A DNA stretch of 42,170 nt from a virus. Location: positions 1-42,170 of the IMG/VR virus record IMGVR_UViG_3300013233_000409; one strand, 5' to 3'. Under the pieces are notes generated by a model. That model saw only the letters and a program-made list of their open reading frames with translations, made no database searches and had not been told where the DNA came from. This document shows, one piece after another, positions 8,970-17,839 of this stretch (position 1 is its first letter; each line of letters starts with the position of its first letter). The position numbers and the translations under genes are program-made.

Positions 8970-10433
8970 TTACAGCTTGTATTTATGAGCAATTTCTACG
9001 TGAATTTGTCCTGCACCTGTGTACTCTCCAACTTCCCAAACATTAGCTCCTGCTCCTGTTGGCTCGATAGTTGAAAGACCAGTTCCTGTCCAAAATACTA
9101 CGTCGTTAACAAGAGGAGTTCCTGCAATTGTTAATCCTGCAAGCTTAGTATCGTTTGAAAGAACATGAACATTAGCTCCTGCAATTGCTGTATTAAGAGC
9201 AATTCCAAGAATTCTAAAATCACTTGTTAAAGAACTAAGTGGAGAAACCTTACCTGCACTTGAGATATAAACAAGATCGCCTTTTGTAACACCTGCTGTA
9301 TCGGCAAGATAATCAGAACCAACCTCATTAAACTTTTGACCAATCTCTTGAAGAGCTGCTTCCATGTTTGATCCAACATAATAACCACCAGCATCCTCGA
9401 TACCTAAAATAGAAGCACCTTTACCAGTTAAGTTAGAAGCCAAGTCACTTGCTTTGATTGCTTTTGCATCATTAAAAAGAGTTGAAAAATCAAGATCAAT
9501 GTTTCCAGCATTATTAATAACACCAAGACCAACAAAGTCAGCAACGTTAACATGCATTGAATTTCCAGTAAGAGCCAAACCTCCAGCTGCTAAAATATCA
9601 GCTTGAATATCAACACCAACTTTCTTAGCACCTAAAGACGCTGTTGTGCTTTCAAAGTTCTTGATTGACCAAGAAGCACCCCCATACTGATAAACACCAG
9701 TTGAGTTTGCTACTGAACCAACTTTCATTCCAGTAGAAGGAATCGTATAAGTCCATCCTGTTCCGTTCCACTCTGCAATTTGGTTATCTTTACCAGCCCA
9801 AACACCTGCACCAACGCCATTAATTAAATAACGATCTCCTGTGGCTGGAGTTAAAGCACTAGGATTAAGAATCGTTGTGTCGATTACTTCGTTTTGCCAA
9901 GAGTTACCAAGGGCTAAATCGTCAACATACTTCTTATCAACTAATTCAAAAGGAGCTGAAAAAATAGGATGTGAAGAGTAAGCAACTTTAGCTGAATAAG
10001 CTCTTGAACCATCTACTAATGAATATTGAGTATGATCATCATTTAAAAGACCAGTAATATTTGCGTGAGCAATATCAGCGTCATTAATCATAGAAGCATC
10101 AATGTTTCCAGCTGCATCCAATAAAACAGGGAGCCCTGCTGAACCAACACCTGCACTTAATGCAATAAATTGTGATTGTTGAAAATACCGAGCGTCACCA
10201 CGAGCATTGTCATGATACTGAGGGTGAGAGTCAACACCTAAGTTTAATAACTGACTGTGATCAATTACCGTTTGGTCAATCAGACTACCGCCTAATTTAC
10301 CTGAAGCATCTAACTTTACAGGTTTACCTGCATCAGCTGCTCCTGCTGAGACGCTGATTAGATCAGCACTCTCTACTGCTAAAGACTTGCTTTTAAGTCC
10401 TGTCGCTGTGTAATAAAGAAATTCCTTAGCCAT
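8970..10433 (-). CDS. Fibre protein with a C-terminal decoration-like (DUF2190-like) domain
   Basis: 487 aa. The N-terminal fibre motifs LDASGKLGGSLID and H(P/T)QY occur twice. The last ~100 aa (GDLVYISSAGKV..LGIALNTAIAGANVHVL..VNDVVFW..VWEVGEYTGAGQIHVEI) are paralogous to ORFs 10811..11242 and 11242..11634. Confidence 0.75.
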   Translation of the reverse strand: MAKEFLYYTATGLKSKSLAVESADLISVSAGAADAGKPVKLDASGKLGGSLIDQTVIDHSQLLNLGVDSHPQYHDNARGDARYFQQSQFIALSAGVGSAGLPVLLDAAGNIDASMINDADIAHANITGLLNDDHTQYSLVDGSRAYSAKVAYSSHPIFSAPFELVDKKYVDDLALGNSWQNEVIDTTILNPSALTPATGDRYLINGVGAGVWAGKDNQIAEWNGTGWTYTIPSTGMKVGSVANSTGVYQYGGASWSIKNFESTTASLGAKKVGVDIQADILAAGGLALTGNSMHVNVADFVGLGVINNAGNIDLDFSTLFNDAKAIKASDLASNLTGKGASILGIEDAGGYYVGSNMEAALQEIGQKFNEVGSDYLADTAGVTKGDLVYISSAGKVSPLSSLTSDFRILGIALNTAIAGANVHVLSNDTKLAGLTIAGTPLVNDVVFWTGTGLSTIEPTGAGANVWEVGEYTGAGQIHVEIAHKYKL

Positions 10434-10802
10434 TTAATCCTCCTTGATTAAACCTGTCTTAGGGTCAAATCCCCAAAGTCCAGAAATATTATGTCTACTC
10501 TTAATTGAGTCCACAAATTCGCTTCTAGCCGTAGCCATAGTTTCTAAGTCAGAGCTTTTAGCCATAACAACATCACCTATTTTATCTACCTGACTTGCTT
10601 TTAGTTTACACTCTAACTCTAATAATTTCAACTCTAACTGAGTATAAGCACTTTGTAGATTTAAGAATTTTAGCTCTAAACTAGCGTATTTTCTCTTTTC
10701 ATCATCAACCCTAATCTTTAATAGCTCAGGAGGTGTCAATTTTTTGACACTAACCTTTTTTGTTGATTTTTTCTCTACTTTTTTTGTTTGTTTTTTAGCC
10801 AT
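10434..10802 (-). CDS. Coiled-coil protein with a Lys-rich N-terminus (possible assembly factor)
   Basis: 122 aa with a heptad-like stretch LELKFLNLQSAYTQLELKLLELECKL. Confidence 0.65.
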   Translation of the reverse strand: MAKKQTKKVEKKSTKKVSVKKLTPPELLKIRVDDEKRKYASLELKFLNLQSAYTQLELKLLELECKLKASQVDKIGDVVMAKSSDLETMATARSEFVDSIKSRHNISGLWGFDPKTGLIKED

Positions 10803-10810
10803 TTTGCCCC

Positions 10811-11242
10811 CTAATTTTGTGTAGGATCTGAACCTACTATTACTAATAATTTATCCGCTGAAAACGGTTTACCTATATATTGTCTAATTGTCCCAGGTGA
10901 GGTAGGAGGAATATCAGTTATCTCTCCTGCTATTGTATCACTTAGGAAATATTGTTTTGTTACATTCAACCCTGCAAATATTGCCGACGTATGGCCGTTT
11001 ACTCGTATATTACAAGTTGTGGTAGTAGGCTTTGACTCTACTATACCTATTACATTTGAGTTTAAAGCATTATCCGCTTTAGCATTAAAAGCTGTACCGC
11101 CAGAGGTCATTCTTACGGCAGCTTTTACAAATACTGAAACATCACAAGGTACATTCTTTAATACTACATTAGCAGGAGCTAGTAGATCTATGTCTACCAG
11201 TTGAGGTATACCGTCTGTTAGAACCCTAACTTTTGTTACCAT
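10811..11242 (-). CDS. Decoration-like protein, paralog 2 (DUF2190-like)
   Basis: 143 aa. VIGIVESKP..CNIRVNG...QYFLSD..AGEIT....IRQYIGKPFSADKLLVIV aligns by eye with 11242..11634 and the C-terminus of 8970..10433. Confidence 0.65.
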   Translation of the reverse strand: MVTKVRVLTDGIPQLVDIDLLAPANVVLKNVPCDVSVFVKAAVRMTSGGTAFNAKADNALNSNVIGIVESKPTTTTCNIRVNGHTSAIFAGLNVTKQYFLSDTIAGEITDIPPTSPGTIRQYIGKPFSADKLLVIVGSDPTQN

Positions 11243-11634
11243 TATATAATTTCCTGTGGAGTTGTAAAACTTACAAACATTGACCCTGCCCCCAGAGATT
11301 TACCTACTTCTACGTGGAATTGTCCTGATACAGAAGTAGCTATATTTGTAATTGTAGAACTTGATGATAGGAATAGCAAGTCGTTTAAAGGGAAGTTTAA
11401 CCCTGGATCGTCTAGAACTCCAAATAAAAGAATATCTACTTTGTTACCAGCTACCGCTTGATTCAAAGCTATACCTATAGATGTAGCATTAGCATAACTA
11501 CTAAAATCAGCTCTTGAGCAATGAGTATTCGAGTCTAGCTTTATAACATCTAGTTTAGATATAGTAGATGAGGCAGTTAAGCTAAGTTGAAGCTTAACTG
11601 CACCAGATTGAGGTACTGGAAAATTGACTGCCAT
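11242..11634 (-). CDS. Decoration-like protein, paralog 1 (DUF2190-like)
   Basis: 130 aa. LDVIKLDS...SIGIALNQAVAGNKVDILLFG...LNDLLFLSS...FHVEVGKSLGAGSMFVSF. It lies close downstream of the capsid gene. Confidence 0.65.
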   Translation of the reverse strand: MAVNFPVPQSGAVKLQLSLTASSTISKLDVIKLDSNTHCSRADFSSYANATSIGIALNQAVAGNKVDILLFGVLDDPGLNFPLNDLLFLSSSSTITNIATSVSGQFHVEVGKSLGAGSMFVSFTTPQEII

Positions 11635-11641
11635 ACGTACC

Positions 11642-11794
11642 TCACTTTAGAAATTTATTAATAAAAATTACTCCTAGAGACACTAATCCACTAATGAATA
11701 TAGATATTCCCGCACTTTTAATCTCTAATTTACGTACTCTGTCATCAATCTTATCTACTTTTTTAATTATGTAGTTTAGTTTAAAATCTGACAT
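11642..11794 (-). CDS. 50-aa protein with a C-terminal transmembrane helix (MSDFKLNYIIKKVDKIDDRVRKLEIKSAGISIFISGLVSLGVIFINKFLK)
   Basis: Below the track cutoff. It exactly fills the 11635-11802 gap, and its stop overlaps a GAGGT SD for the next gene. Confidence 0.5.
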   Translation of the reverse strand: MSDFKLNYIIKKVDKIDDRVRKLEIKSAGISIFISGLVSLGVIFINKFLK

Positions 11795-11802
11795 GTCGAT
11801 AC

Positions 11803-12153
11803 CTAAATATCGTATCTAGCGTCAGAACCTTTTACACATAATGAAAAAATTGCATCAGTTGCAATAGCAGCTAAATCAGTACATTGCACTGTAATTCTAT
11901 CATAAGCTACCGCTACTACTGATAATGCAGTACTTGCTGTTAGCATACCGTGTCCACCTAATTGACAAGATCTGCTAAACGGTCGTTTAAAGATAATTGT
12001 GTAATGTCCTACACCTAGGTCAATTATTTGTTTAATTTGAAATCTATCAAATCCTGAAACTACTGGAGTTACAGAAACTCCATCAATAACAAAATTTAAT
12101 TCTCTCATTTTGATCTGTGCTGTTTTAATAGATCTTTTTGCTTCTAAAGACAT
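11803..12153 (-). CDS. Hypothetical head-associated protein
   Basis: 116-aa ORF, the first gene after the capsid terminator. The function is inferred from position only. Confidence 0.6.
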   Translation of the reverse strand: MSLEAKRSIKTAQIKMRELNFVIDGVSVTPVVSGFDRFQIKQIIDLGVGHYTIIFKRPFSRSCQLGGHGMLTASTALSVVAVAYDRITVQCTDLAAIATDAIFSLCVKGSDARYDI

Positions 12154-12195
12154 TATGTCCTCCTGTTATAACCCTTTCGAGGGGTATTAATATAC

Positions 12196-12226
12196 TAAAA
12201 AGAGGGAAGCGTCCTTGCTTCCCTCT
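12196..12226 (-). terminator. Rho-independent terminator downstream of the major capsid gene
   Basis: On the minus strand there is a perfect 10-bp stem (AGAGGGAAGC, loop AAGGAC, GCTTCCCTCT) followed by TTTTT, 9 nt after the capsid stop. Confidence 0.85.
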
Positions 12227-12234
12227 TAGAAATC

Positions 12235-13455
12235 TTAGACTGCTAGTCCAGATAAAACTCCATGGGCAGTTGGAGTAATAAAGTTTTCAAAATACCCACC
12301 ATATCTTGCTTCATAAGAATCAAGTTTATCTTTTCTTAAGAATACAGTTCCATCATCATCAAACCAACCAAAGTCAGGTCTCATGTGACACTCAATATAG
12401 TTATCATTTAAGAAATAAATTCTATCTTTAGGACAAAATCTATCAGTAAAGATACCAATTGGGCCTCTTGTGGACATGAACTCAATACCTTGAAAACTAA
12501 GGTTTTCTTTGATATTTCTGTTTGGTAATGGATAACGTTTATGGTCTTCCATAAGAGCAAGAATATTTCTAAATTGCTCATAAGAAACCATAATCATATT
12601 AGGTGCTTTACCGAATTTCTTCTCAACATCTAACATTACTTGATTCATAAGATCTACAGTGATACCTGCTCCTGCTGCATTTACTTGATGAGCTTGCCAT
12701 CGTCTTTGAACAGGGATTCCATAAAGACTACCAGTAGTAGCATCTAAAACACCTTTAAGACCTTGAGGATCATTATTATAAGAATTTTGCATTGCAAGTT
12801 GATCAGTTGCAATAGCAGGCCCAACACCAGCTAAAGCTGCAAGTCGTGCGGAAGTACCAACTAATCCAATTTGTTTTAATGCAACATTAACAGAAACAAT
12901 CTCTAAAAGAGTTGTTTCTACAGCTCCAGCAACTACCATATTAACATAATCTTTTTCTTCAAAATTAGCTTCGTTAAAAGTAGCATCCATAGTCATAAGA
13001 TATGGAGAAGCAATAGTTCCTAATCCTGTTACATTTGTAGCAGCATCACCTGAACCAAGAATACCTGAACCATCTCCAAAAAGGATACGAGAGTTATTTC
13101 TCATAAATGACTCTACTGTTTTCTTAACAGTTTCTTTTGTAGCTTGAACAAATGCTCCTGCATTGTTAGCAGACGCTTTGATTGACTCACGCTCAATTTG
13201 ACAAGTAGCATATACTCGTTTTGATGTGATTACAGCTCCTTCATAACGTCCAGAGTTGGAAGTTGGTAAAATACCAGAACCAACACCACCACTAAAAGAT
13301 AGCGGAGTACTTACAAAACGTTGTTTACCAGTAAAATCATATCGTTTCTTGATACGTCCTGCTAATACGTTTGCACTGTTGAACATGTTTTCAGACTTTT
13401 TATAGTAGTTAATCTTAAAAAGATTCGTCTGATCTACTAGATTAAATTCAGCCAT
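12235..13455 (-). CDS. Major capsid protein
   Basis: 406 aa, directly after the scaffold gene and followed by a strong terminator. The size and portal-scaffold-capsid order are typical. Confidence 0.8.
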   Translation of the reverse strand: MAEFNLVDQTNLFKINYYKKSENMFNSANVLAGRIKKRYDFTGKQRFVSTPLSFSGGVGSGILPTSNSGRYEGAVITSKRVYATCQIERESIKASANNAGAFVQATKETVKKTVESFMRNNSRILFGDGSGILGSGDAATNVTGLGTIASPYLMTMDATFNEANFEEKDYVNMVVAGAVETTLLEIVSVNVALKQIGLVGTSARLAALAGVGPAIATDQLAMQNSYNNDPQGLKGVLDATTGSLYGIPVQRRWQAHQVNAAGAGITVDLMNQVMLDVEKKFGKAPNMIMVSYEQFRNILALMEDHKRYPLPNRNIKENLSFQGIEFMSTRGPIGIFTDRFCPKDRIYFLNDNYIECHMRPDFGWFDDDGTVFLRKDKLDSYEARYGGYFENFITPTAHGVLSGLAV

Positions 13456-13471
13456 TTTAAAACTCCTTTAT

Positions 13472-14737
13472 TTAGCTTGCATAATATTCATCAAAATCAT
13501 CAAAGCTCTCTACGCGACCTTCGCCACGATCTTTGTATTTTGATGGGCTTTTCTTTACCTCTACTTTCTTAGAGGTCTTTTTTGTTAAAGATTCTAATTC
13601 CTTAGTATCTCCAAACTCTTCTTCTAATATTGCTTTTGCTTCTTCGATGGATAAGTCCCCACTTCTCATAGCTACAGCAATTTCAGATACAACATCGTCG
13701 ATCTCATTTTCATCTATAGAGTCGGTATATTGATCAATTAATCCTTCAGCAGCTTCTAGATGTGGACGTATAGTCGCATAATCTATAACTTTTTCAGGAG
13801 TTAGATTGTCATAACCTAATCTCTCTAGTTCTTCATGAGCTTCAACAAAACTATCTTCACTGACACCTTGAGCTTCCCTCAAACTATCTACTTTATCTCG
13901 GAGCTGAATTTCTTCTTGCTCTTGCCGAGACTTAGCCGATGAGGACTCGGAACGTCTTTTTAGATATTCAAGTTCTTGATTCTTCCAGTAAAGCTCTCTT
14001 TCAACCTCATCCATTCCCTGAAGGGCTTCTAATTGCTCTAGCTGAGTATCAATAACTCGTTTCTTAAATTGTAACGTATCTCTCCCAGTCGTGTCAAGTA
14101 GATACTCTAGAGCATCCATAGGATTAGCATCTTTATCCTCTAAAATCCCTACTATCTTTTGGATATGCCCCTTTAAAAAATCTACTTCTCCAGTTAACTG
14201 GTTATTTTTAGCTTCAAATTCTTTCTTTTCTTCGCCAAGTTTAGAGTATTCTTGATCCCAATTCTTTTGACCTGAGTAGTTATTTATTAAGTCTTGGACT
14301 TTAACAATCTCATTCTTACCTTTAACTCGTACTTTAATCTCTGCTTCAACAGGGATACCGAACTCATCTTCTCCGAGCTTTCCTTTAATTTCTTTACTTT
14401 TTTTAACTTCAGGTTTCTCTTCTCTGCTTTCTTCCTTCTCTTCTTCCTTTCCTTCTTCTTCTTTTCCCTTATCTCCGTCAGTTCCTTCTTCGTCTTTCTT
14501 CTCTTCCTTGTCCTTCTCGTCGGATTTACTCTTAGCATCTTCATCATCCTGATCATCTAAAAGGTTAACTTGACTATCGTCATCTAATTTAGTGTCTTTT
14601 TTCTCTTCCTCTTCAGGTGTTTCAGATTTAGGATTATCAAAAGTATCCATGCCTGAAGCATCTCCCGTTTGGTCGTCTCCACTTGTAGGTACTTCTAGTA
14701 CCTCTTTACTATCAAAAGTTTCTAACTCATCATCCAT
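13472..14737 (-). CDS. Scaffolding protein
   Basis: 421 aa. It is extremely acidic, with an E/K/D low-complexity N-terminal third and a helical remainder. It sits between portal and capsid. Confidence 0.75.
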   Translation of the reverse strand: MDDELETFDSKEVLEVPTSGDDQTGDASGMDTFDNPKSETPEEEEKKDTKLDDDSQVNLLDDQDDEDAKSKSDEKDKEEKKDEEGTDGDKGKEEEGKEEEKEESREEKPEVKKSKEIKGKLGEDEFGIPVEAEIKVRVKGKNEIVKVQDLINNYSGQKNWDQEYSKLGEEKKEFEAKNNQLTGEVDFLKGHIQKIVGILEDKDANPMDALEYLLDTTGRDTLQFKKRVIDTQLEQLEALQGMDEVERELYWKNQELEYLKRRSESSSAKSRQEQEEIQLRDKVDSLREAQGVSEDSFVEAHEELERLGYDNLTPEKVIDYATIRPHLEAAEGLIDQYTDSIDENEIDDVVSEIAVAMRSGDLSIEEAKAILEEEFGDTKELESLTKKTSKKVEVKKSPSKYKDRGEGRVESFDDFDEYYAS

Positions 14738-14754
14738 ACTGCCCTCCTATGGTG

Positions 14755-16869
14755 TTATTTAGTTTCTGTATTATTTTTTACAATATTTTCTGCTTTAGAT
14801 AAATCTATGGGAGAACCCCCAGATTGTTGTGGTGCTCCTCCTCCTTGTGCCCCCATAGCTGGTAGTTGAGGCGGCATTGGCGGAACTTCAAAGAATACTG
14901 GATAGTTTTCTAGCTGAGCTAGTTTCATAGCAAAATTCATATTCTTTTTACTTCTAGCAAACATTAAAAACTCTATTTGCTTGATATGTTCTTCCATTCT
15001 AGATTGAATTTCTTTAGGAACTTTATTCTTGAAGCTAAATTCCTGAATAGCCCTCATAAATATTCTATAATGAACTAAAAGATTGTCATATGGTTTCGGC
15101 TCTTCTACTTCTTTCCCTTCTAATAGTCTTTGAAGAGTAGTTTTAGCTGCTGTTACAGCTACAGTAGCTTCATCCTTAAATGAGTCTTCCATTCCTAGGT
15201 CTAATAGTTGGATTATCTCTTCTTTTCTAAAAATAGGATCTGTTTGAGTCGCCGTATTTAAATCAATAATCGCGGAGATCTTACCTGTCTTAGTATCGGG
15301 TAAAGCTGGCGAGTTTTGAAGCTGAACATCATAAATTTCAGCAAAATTAGCATCTTCTATTGAGTCTATAAGATATTCGTTGTTCTTACCTAGTATTCTA
15401 GCTGTTCTTCCATCACCTTCTTCATAGTACTGGCCCATCAATGACAACATTTGCTTATAAACCTTAAGTATTCCCTTTTTTCTCTTCCTTTCCTGGACGA
15501 TAGTACGTTGATACTCTTGTTCATCTAAGAAACGTAGAGCGGAATTAGCTGTTACACCTTGAGGAACTTCTCCTCTACTAATATCATATACTCCAGATAA
15601 TTGATTCATATGTTTCTGAAGTCTATCTTGAACTTCAAACGCTTGGTTTGATGTTGGTTTAGATGAAACTAGTTGTGGGGCTACCGGCCCTTTAAATTCT
15701 ACAATAGTGAACTCATTGCTTAGGTCATGTATATCACAAGCCCCTTTTGGCATCATCCATTTAGGTGCTGAGCCTATAGAATAGTCTCTAGCAATAGCCG
15801 ATTGAACATTATTATACATTCTTTGCATCTGTTCTATTAGATAATAGAAAGATCTACCCCAAAACTCACCGTATACATCAATATCTGTGTCTGGTACTAC
15901 TGGTAATTCACCATGATCATAAGGAAGGTTATCCCATTCAAGAATAACATCATCAGTATGTATAATTTTTGCTCCCTCAGGGAGATATTTAGTCTTTCTA
16001 TGGTATAAAGTACGCACAAGGATAAGATCGGCAGGGCGAGTAAGGTCAGTCGATTCGAAATTATAATACTCCCTCCTATTTTGTTTGATATCCTCAGCTT
16101 TATCGGGATAATCCGCTTTTAGTTTATCTATATGAACCCAGTCCGTACGGATAATAAAGTCCATATCCTCCCATTTAGTTTTCCCTAGTTCCACGAAAAC
16201 TCTGTCAGGGCCTAATACGTCAATACAAACATCTCCTATTCTTACCTCAGAGTCAACATATTTACCCTTAACCTTCTTCCCTTCCTTAACTACAGGGATT
16301 TTACCCTTATACTTCTTCTTCATCTTTTCATAAGCTGGAGAAAGAGGGCCCTCATTCTTATCCCATTCTATAAACCTAAAAGAATGACCAAAGATTAACT
16401 TAATTCTATCAGATTTTTGCTGTAATTGCTCAAAATCTATCTTTTCTTTACGTGTATCAAGCAATTTCTTGCAAGCTTTTGCGTTATTTATGTCAGATTG
16501 CTCATCATTATTAGGCATTAATGTTACACTAACTCCTAATCTAGCCATCTGTGCTACTTTTGCTTCAGTTAGATCGTGTGCAAAGTTTACTACCATTCTA
16601 GGCTTTCTTTGAGTATAGTTAGTTTGTCTATCTATATCTCTAGTATCGTAATATCTCCAGTGAATACCCTTAAATATAGCTTGGTAACGTCTATAGGTAT
16701 TTAATCTAGAGTAGGACGTCTGCTCAATTGTATCAAAATACTGAGATAACCATTTTAATGTTTCCTTATCATCCTTAGGATTCTCCCTAAACTGAAAAGG
16801 CTTCATTTCTAAGGCATTAGCCTGGTGTTCTGTGGAATAAAAATCGTCAAAACTTTCTATAGTACTCAT
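14755..16869 (-). CDS. Portal protein
   Basis: 704 aa. Its position (terL side, upstream of scaffold and capsid) and size fit a portal. The C-terminal tail is Gly/Pro/Gln-rich. Confidence 0.75.
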   Translation of the reverse strand: MSTIESFDDFYSTEHQANALEMKPFQFRENPKDDKETLKWLSQYFDTIEQTSYSRLNTYRRYQAIFKGIHWRYYDTRDIDRQTNYTQRKPRMVVNFAHDLTEAKVAQMARLGVSVTLMPNNDEQSDINNAKACKKLLDTRKEKIDFEQLQQKSDRIKLIFGHSFRFIEWDKNEGPLSPAYEKMKKKYKGKIPVVKEGKKVKGKYVDSEVRIGDVCIDVLGPDRVFVELGKTKWEDMDFIIRTDWVHIDKLKADYPDKAEDIKQNRREYYNFESTDLTRPADLILVRTLYHRKTKYLPEGAKIIHTDDVILEWDNLPYDHGELPVVPDTDIDVYGEFWGRSFYYLIEQMQRMYNNVQSAIARDYSIGSAPKWMMPKGACDIHDLSNEFTIVEFKGPVAPQLVSSKPTSNQAFEVQDRLQKHMNQLSGVYDISRGEVPQGVTANSALRFLDEQEYQRTIVQERKRKKGILKVYKQMLSLMGQYYEEGDGRTARILGKNNEYLIDSIEDANFAEIYDVQLQNSPALPDTKTGKISAIIDLNTATQTDPIFRKEEIIQLLDLGMEDSFKDEATVAVTAAKTTLQRLLEGKEVEEPKPYDNLLVHYRIFMRAIQEFSFKNKVPKEIQSRMEEHIKQIEFLMFARSKKNMNFAMKLAQLENYPVFFEVPPMPPQLPAMGAQGGGAPQQSGGSPIDLSKAENIVKNNTETK

Positions 16870-16880
16870 ATTTACCCTTT

Positions 16881-16910
16881 CTCTATTTTTCTCTATTTTT
16901 CTCTATTTTT
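16881..16910. repeat. Three 10-bp tandem repeats (minus-strand AAAAATAGAG) between ORF 16903..17097 and the portal start
   Basis: ctctattttt occurs three times back to back. The UAG triplets fall at 16883, 16893 and 16903, one in each reading frame. Confidence 0.9.
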
Positions 16911-17097
16911 TTGCTTTTTGCAATCTAGCTCTTAATTTAGATAGTTGTAGCTTCCTTTTAGCAGCTTCTACTTTAGTCAATCCAGACTCAATATTATTTA
17001 TAATGGCCGACTCTACATACTTCTTCCCTAAACCACCACTCTTTCTATACTTTAAAAGTCTAGCTAATCTTTTATCTGATTCAGTTCTAATATCCAC
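16903..17097 (-). CDS. Small basic helical protein
   Basis: 64 aa with a GTG start 7 nt after an AGGAG SD. Confidence 0.65.
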   Translation of the reverse strand: MDIRTESDKRLARLLKYRKSGGLGKKYVESAIINNIESGLTKVEAAKRKLQLSKLRARLQKAKK

Positions 17098-17111
17098 TTA
17101 ATTCTCCTAAG

Positions 17112-17336
17112 TTACACAAATTCATGTTCAATATCAGGATACATTGTTTTCTTCATTTTCTCAACTAAGTCCTTACCAGTCAAACCTTCCTCAGCTTCAG
17201 GAATAGGCTGCCATTGTATTTGATGGGTTGATTTTTCCATTCCAACTACCTTAGCATAGGCTAAAATAGAGAAAATTGCTGTGATTGAGGTTAGTATAAT
17301 ACTAACTAAACTTAAAATAACTGCCCAATTATTCAT
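17112..17336 (-). CDS. Small membrane protein with an N-terminal TM helix
   Basis: 74 aa. The hydrophobic segment is WAVILSLVSIILTSITAIFSILAYA. Confidence 0.65.
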   Translation of the reverse strand: MNNWAVILSLVSIILTSITAIFSILAYAKVVGMEKSTHQIQWQPIPEAEEGLTGKDLVEKMKKTMYPDIEHEFV

Positions 17337-17351
17337 AAAATTCTCCTAATA

Positions 17352-17427
17352 TGGCACTCGCTCCGAGGATCGAACTCGGCTCTCCTGCGTGACAGGCAGG
17401 TATCTTCACCCTGTAGACCTAGCGAGT
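17352..17427 (-). tRNA. tRNA-Asp (anticodon GTC), with CCA encoded
   Basis: Hand-folded cloverleaf. Acceptor stem ACTCGCT/AGCGAGT, anticodon stem CCTGC/GCAGG, loop CT-GTC-AC. T-stem CCGAG/CTCGG, T-loop TTCGATC, discriminator G followed by CCA. Confidence 0.9.
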
Positions 17428-17452
17428 ATTATTCGTAATATCCATTTTTTAT

Positions 17453-17839
17453 TTATTCTTGGTTTTTACCTTCTACATTTCTTTTAATTCTGTCTTGTGT
17501 TCTTTTTTCCTGCCACATTAATGCTTCCTCTAATTTAGTAATAGTTATAGCATTTTCTCTGCAAGGTAATTTAGCATTAAGGTATTTCAGTATTTGTAAT
17601 CCAGCACCAACCAATTCTGTAAATTGTGCATTTCTTAGATCACCCCCTTCTGAAACAGATTTTGTCATCATCTTAAAGGAAATCATATCCTTTTCGTGGT
17701 CAATACAGATAGGAAACTCGTCCCTCATAGAGTCAAAACTTTCCCAGTCTACCTCTCCAGAAAAGGGAGTAGGTCTTTCCTCATCAGTTATTACTTTTTT
17801 TCCATTAATTTCTTTTACATCTTTTAAACTGTTAATCAT
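17453..17839 (-). CDS. Accessory protein with an ITKLEEALMW helical-hairpin motif
   Basis: 128 aa located between terL and the tRNA. The C-terminal motif is NAITITKLEEALMWQEKRTQDRIKRNVEG. Confidence 0.7.
   Translation of the reverse strand: MINSLKDVKEINGKKVITDEERPTPFSGEVDWESFDSMRDEFPICIDHEKDMISFKMMTKSVSEGGDLRNAQFTELVGAGLQILKYLNAKLPCRENAITITKLEEALMWQEKRTQDRIKRNVEGKNQE

Noticed and set aside
1762-10433. A diversity-generating retroelement or invertible-segment system acting on the fibre genes
   Set aside because: The genome has no reverse transcriptase or recombinase/invertase ORF. I saw no template/variable repeat pair with adenine-specific differences. The internal repeats are in-frame tandem or domain duplications.
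14287-14560. Alternative-frame and antisense ORFs (89 and 88 aa) inside the scaffold gene
   Set aside because: They are by-products of the GAA/AAG low-complexity run. They give implausible poly-Lys/Arg or poly-Phe/Leu products and have no start signals.
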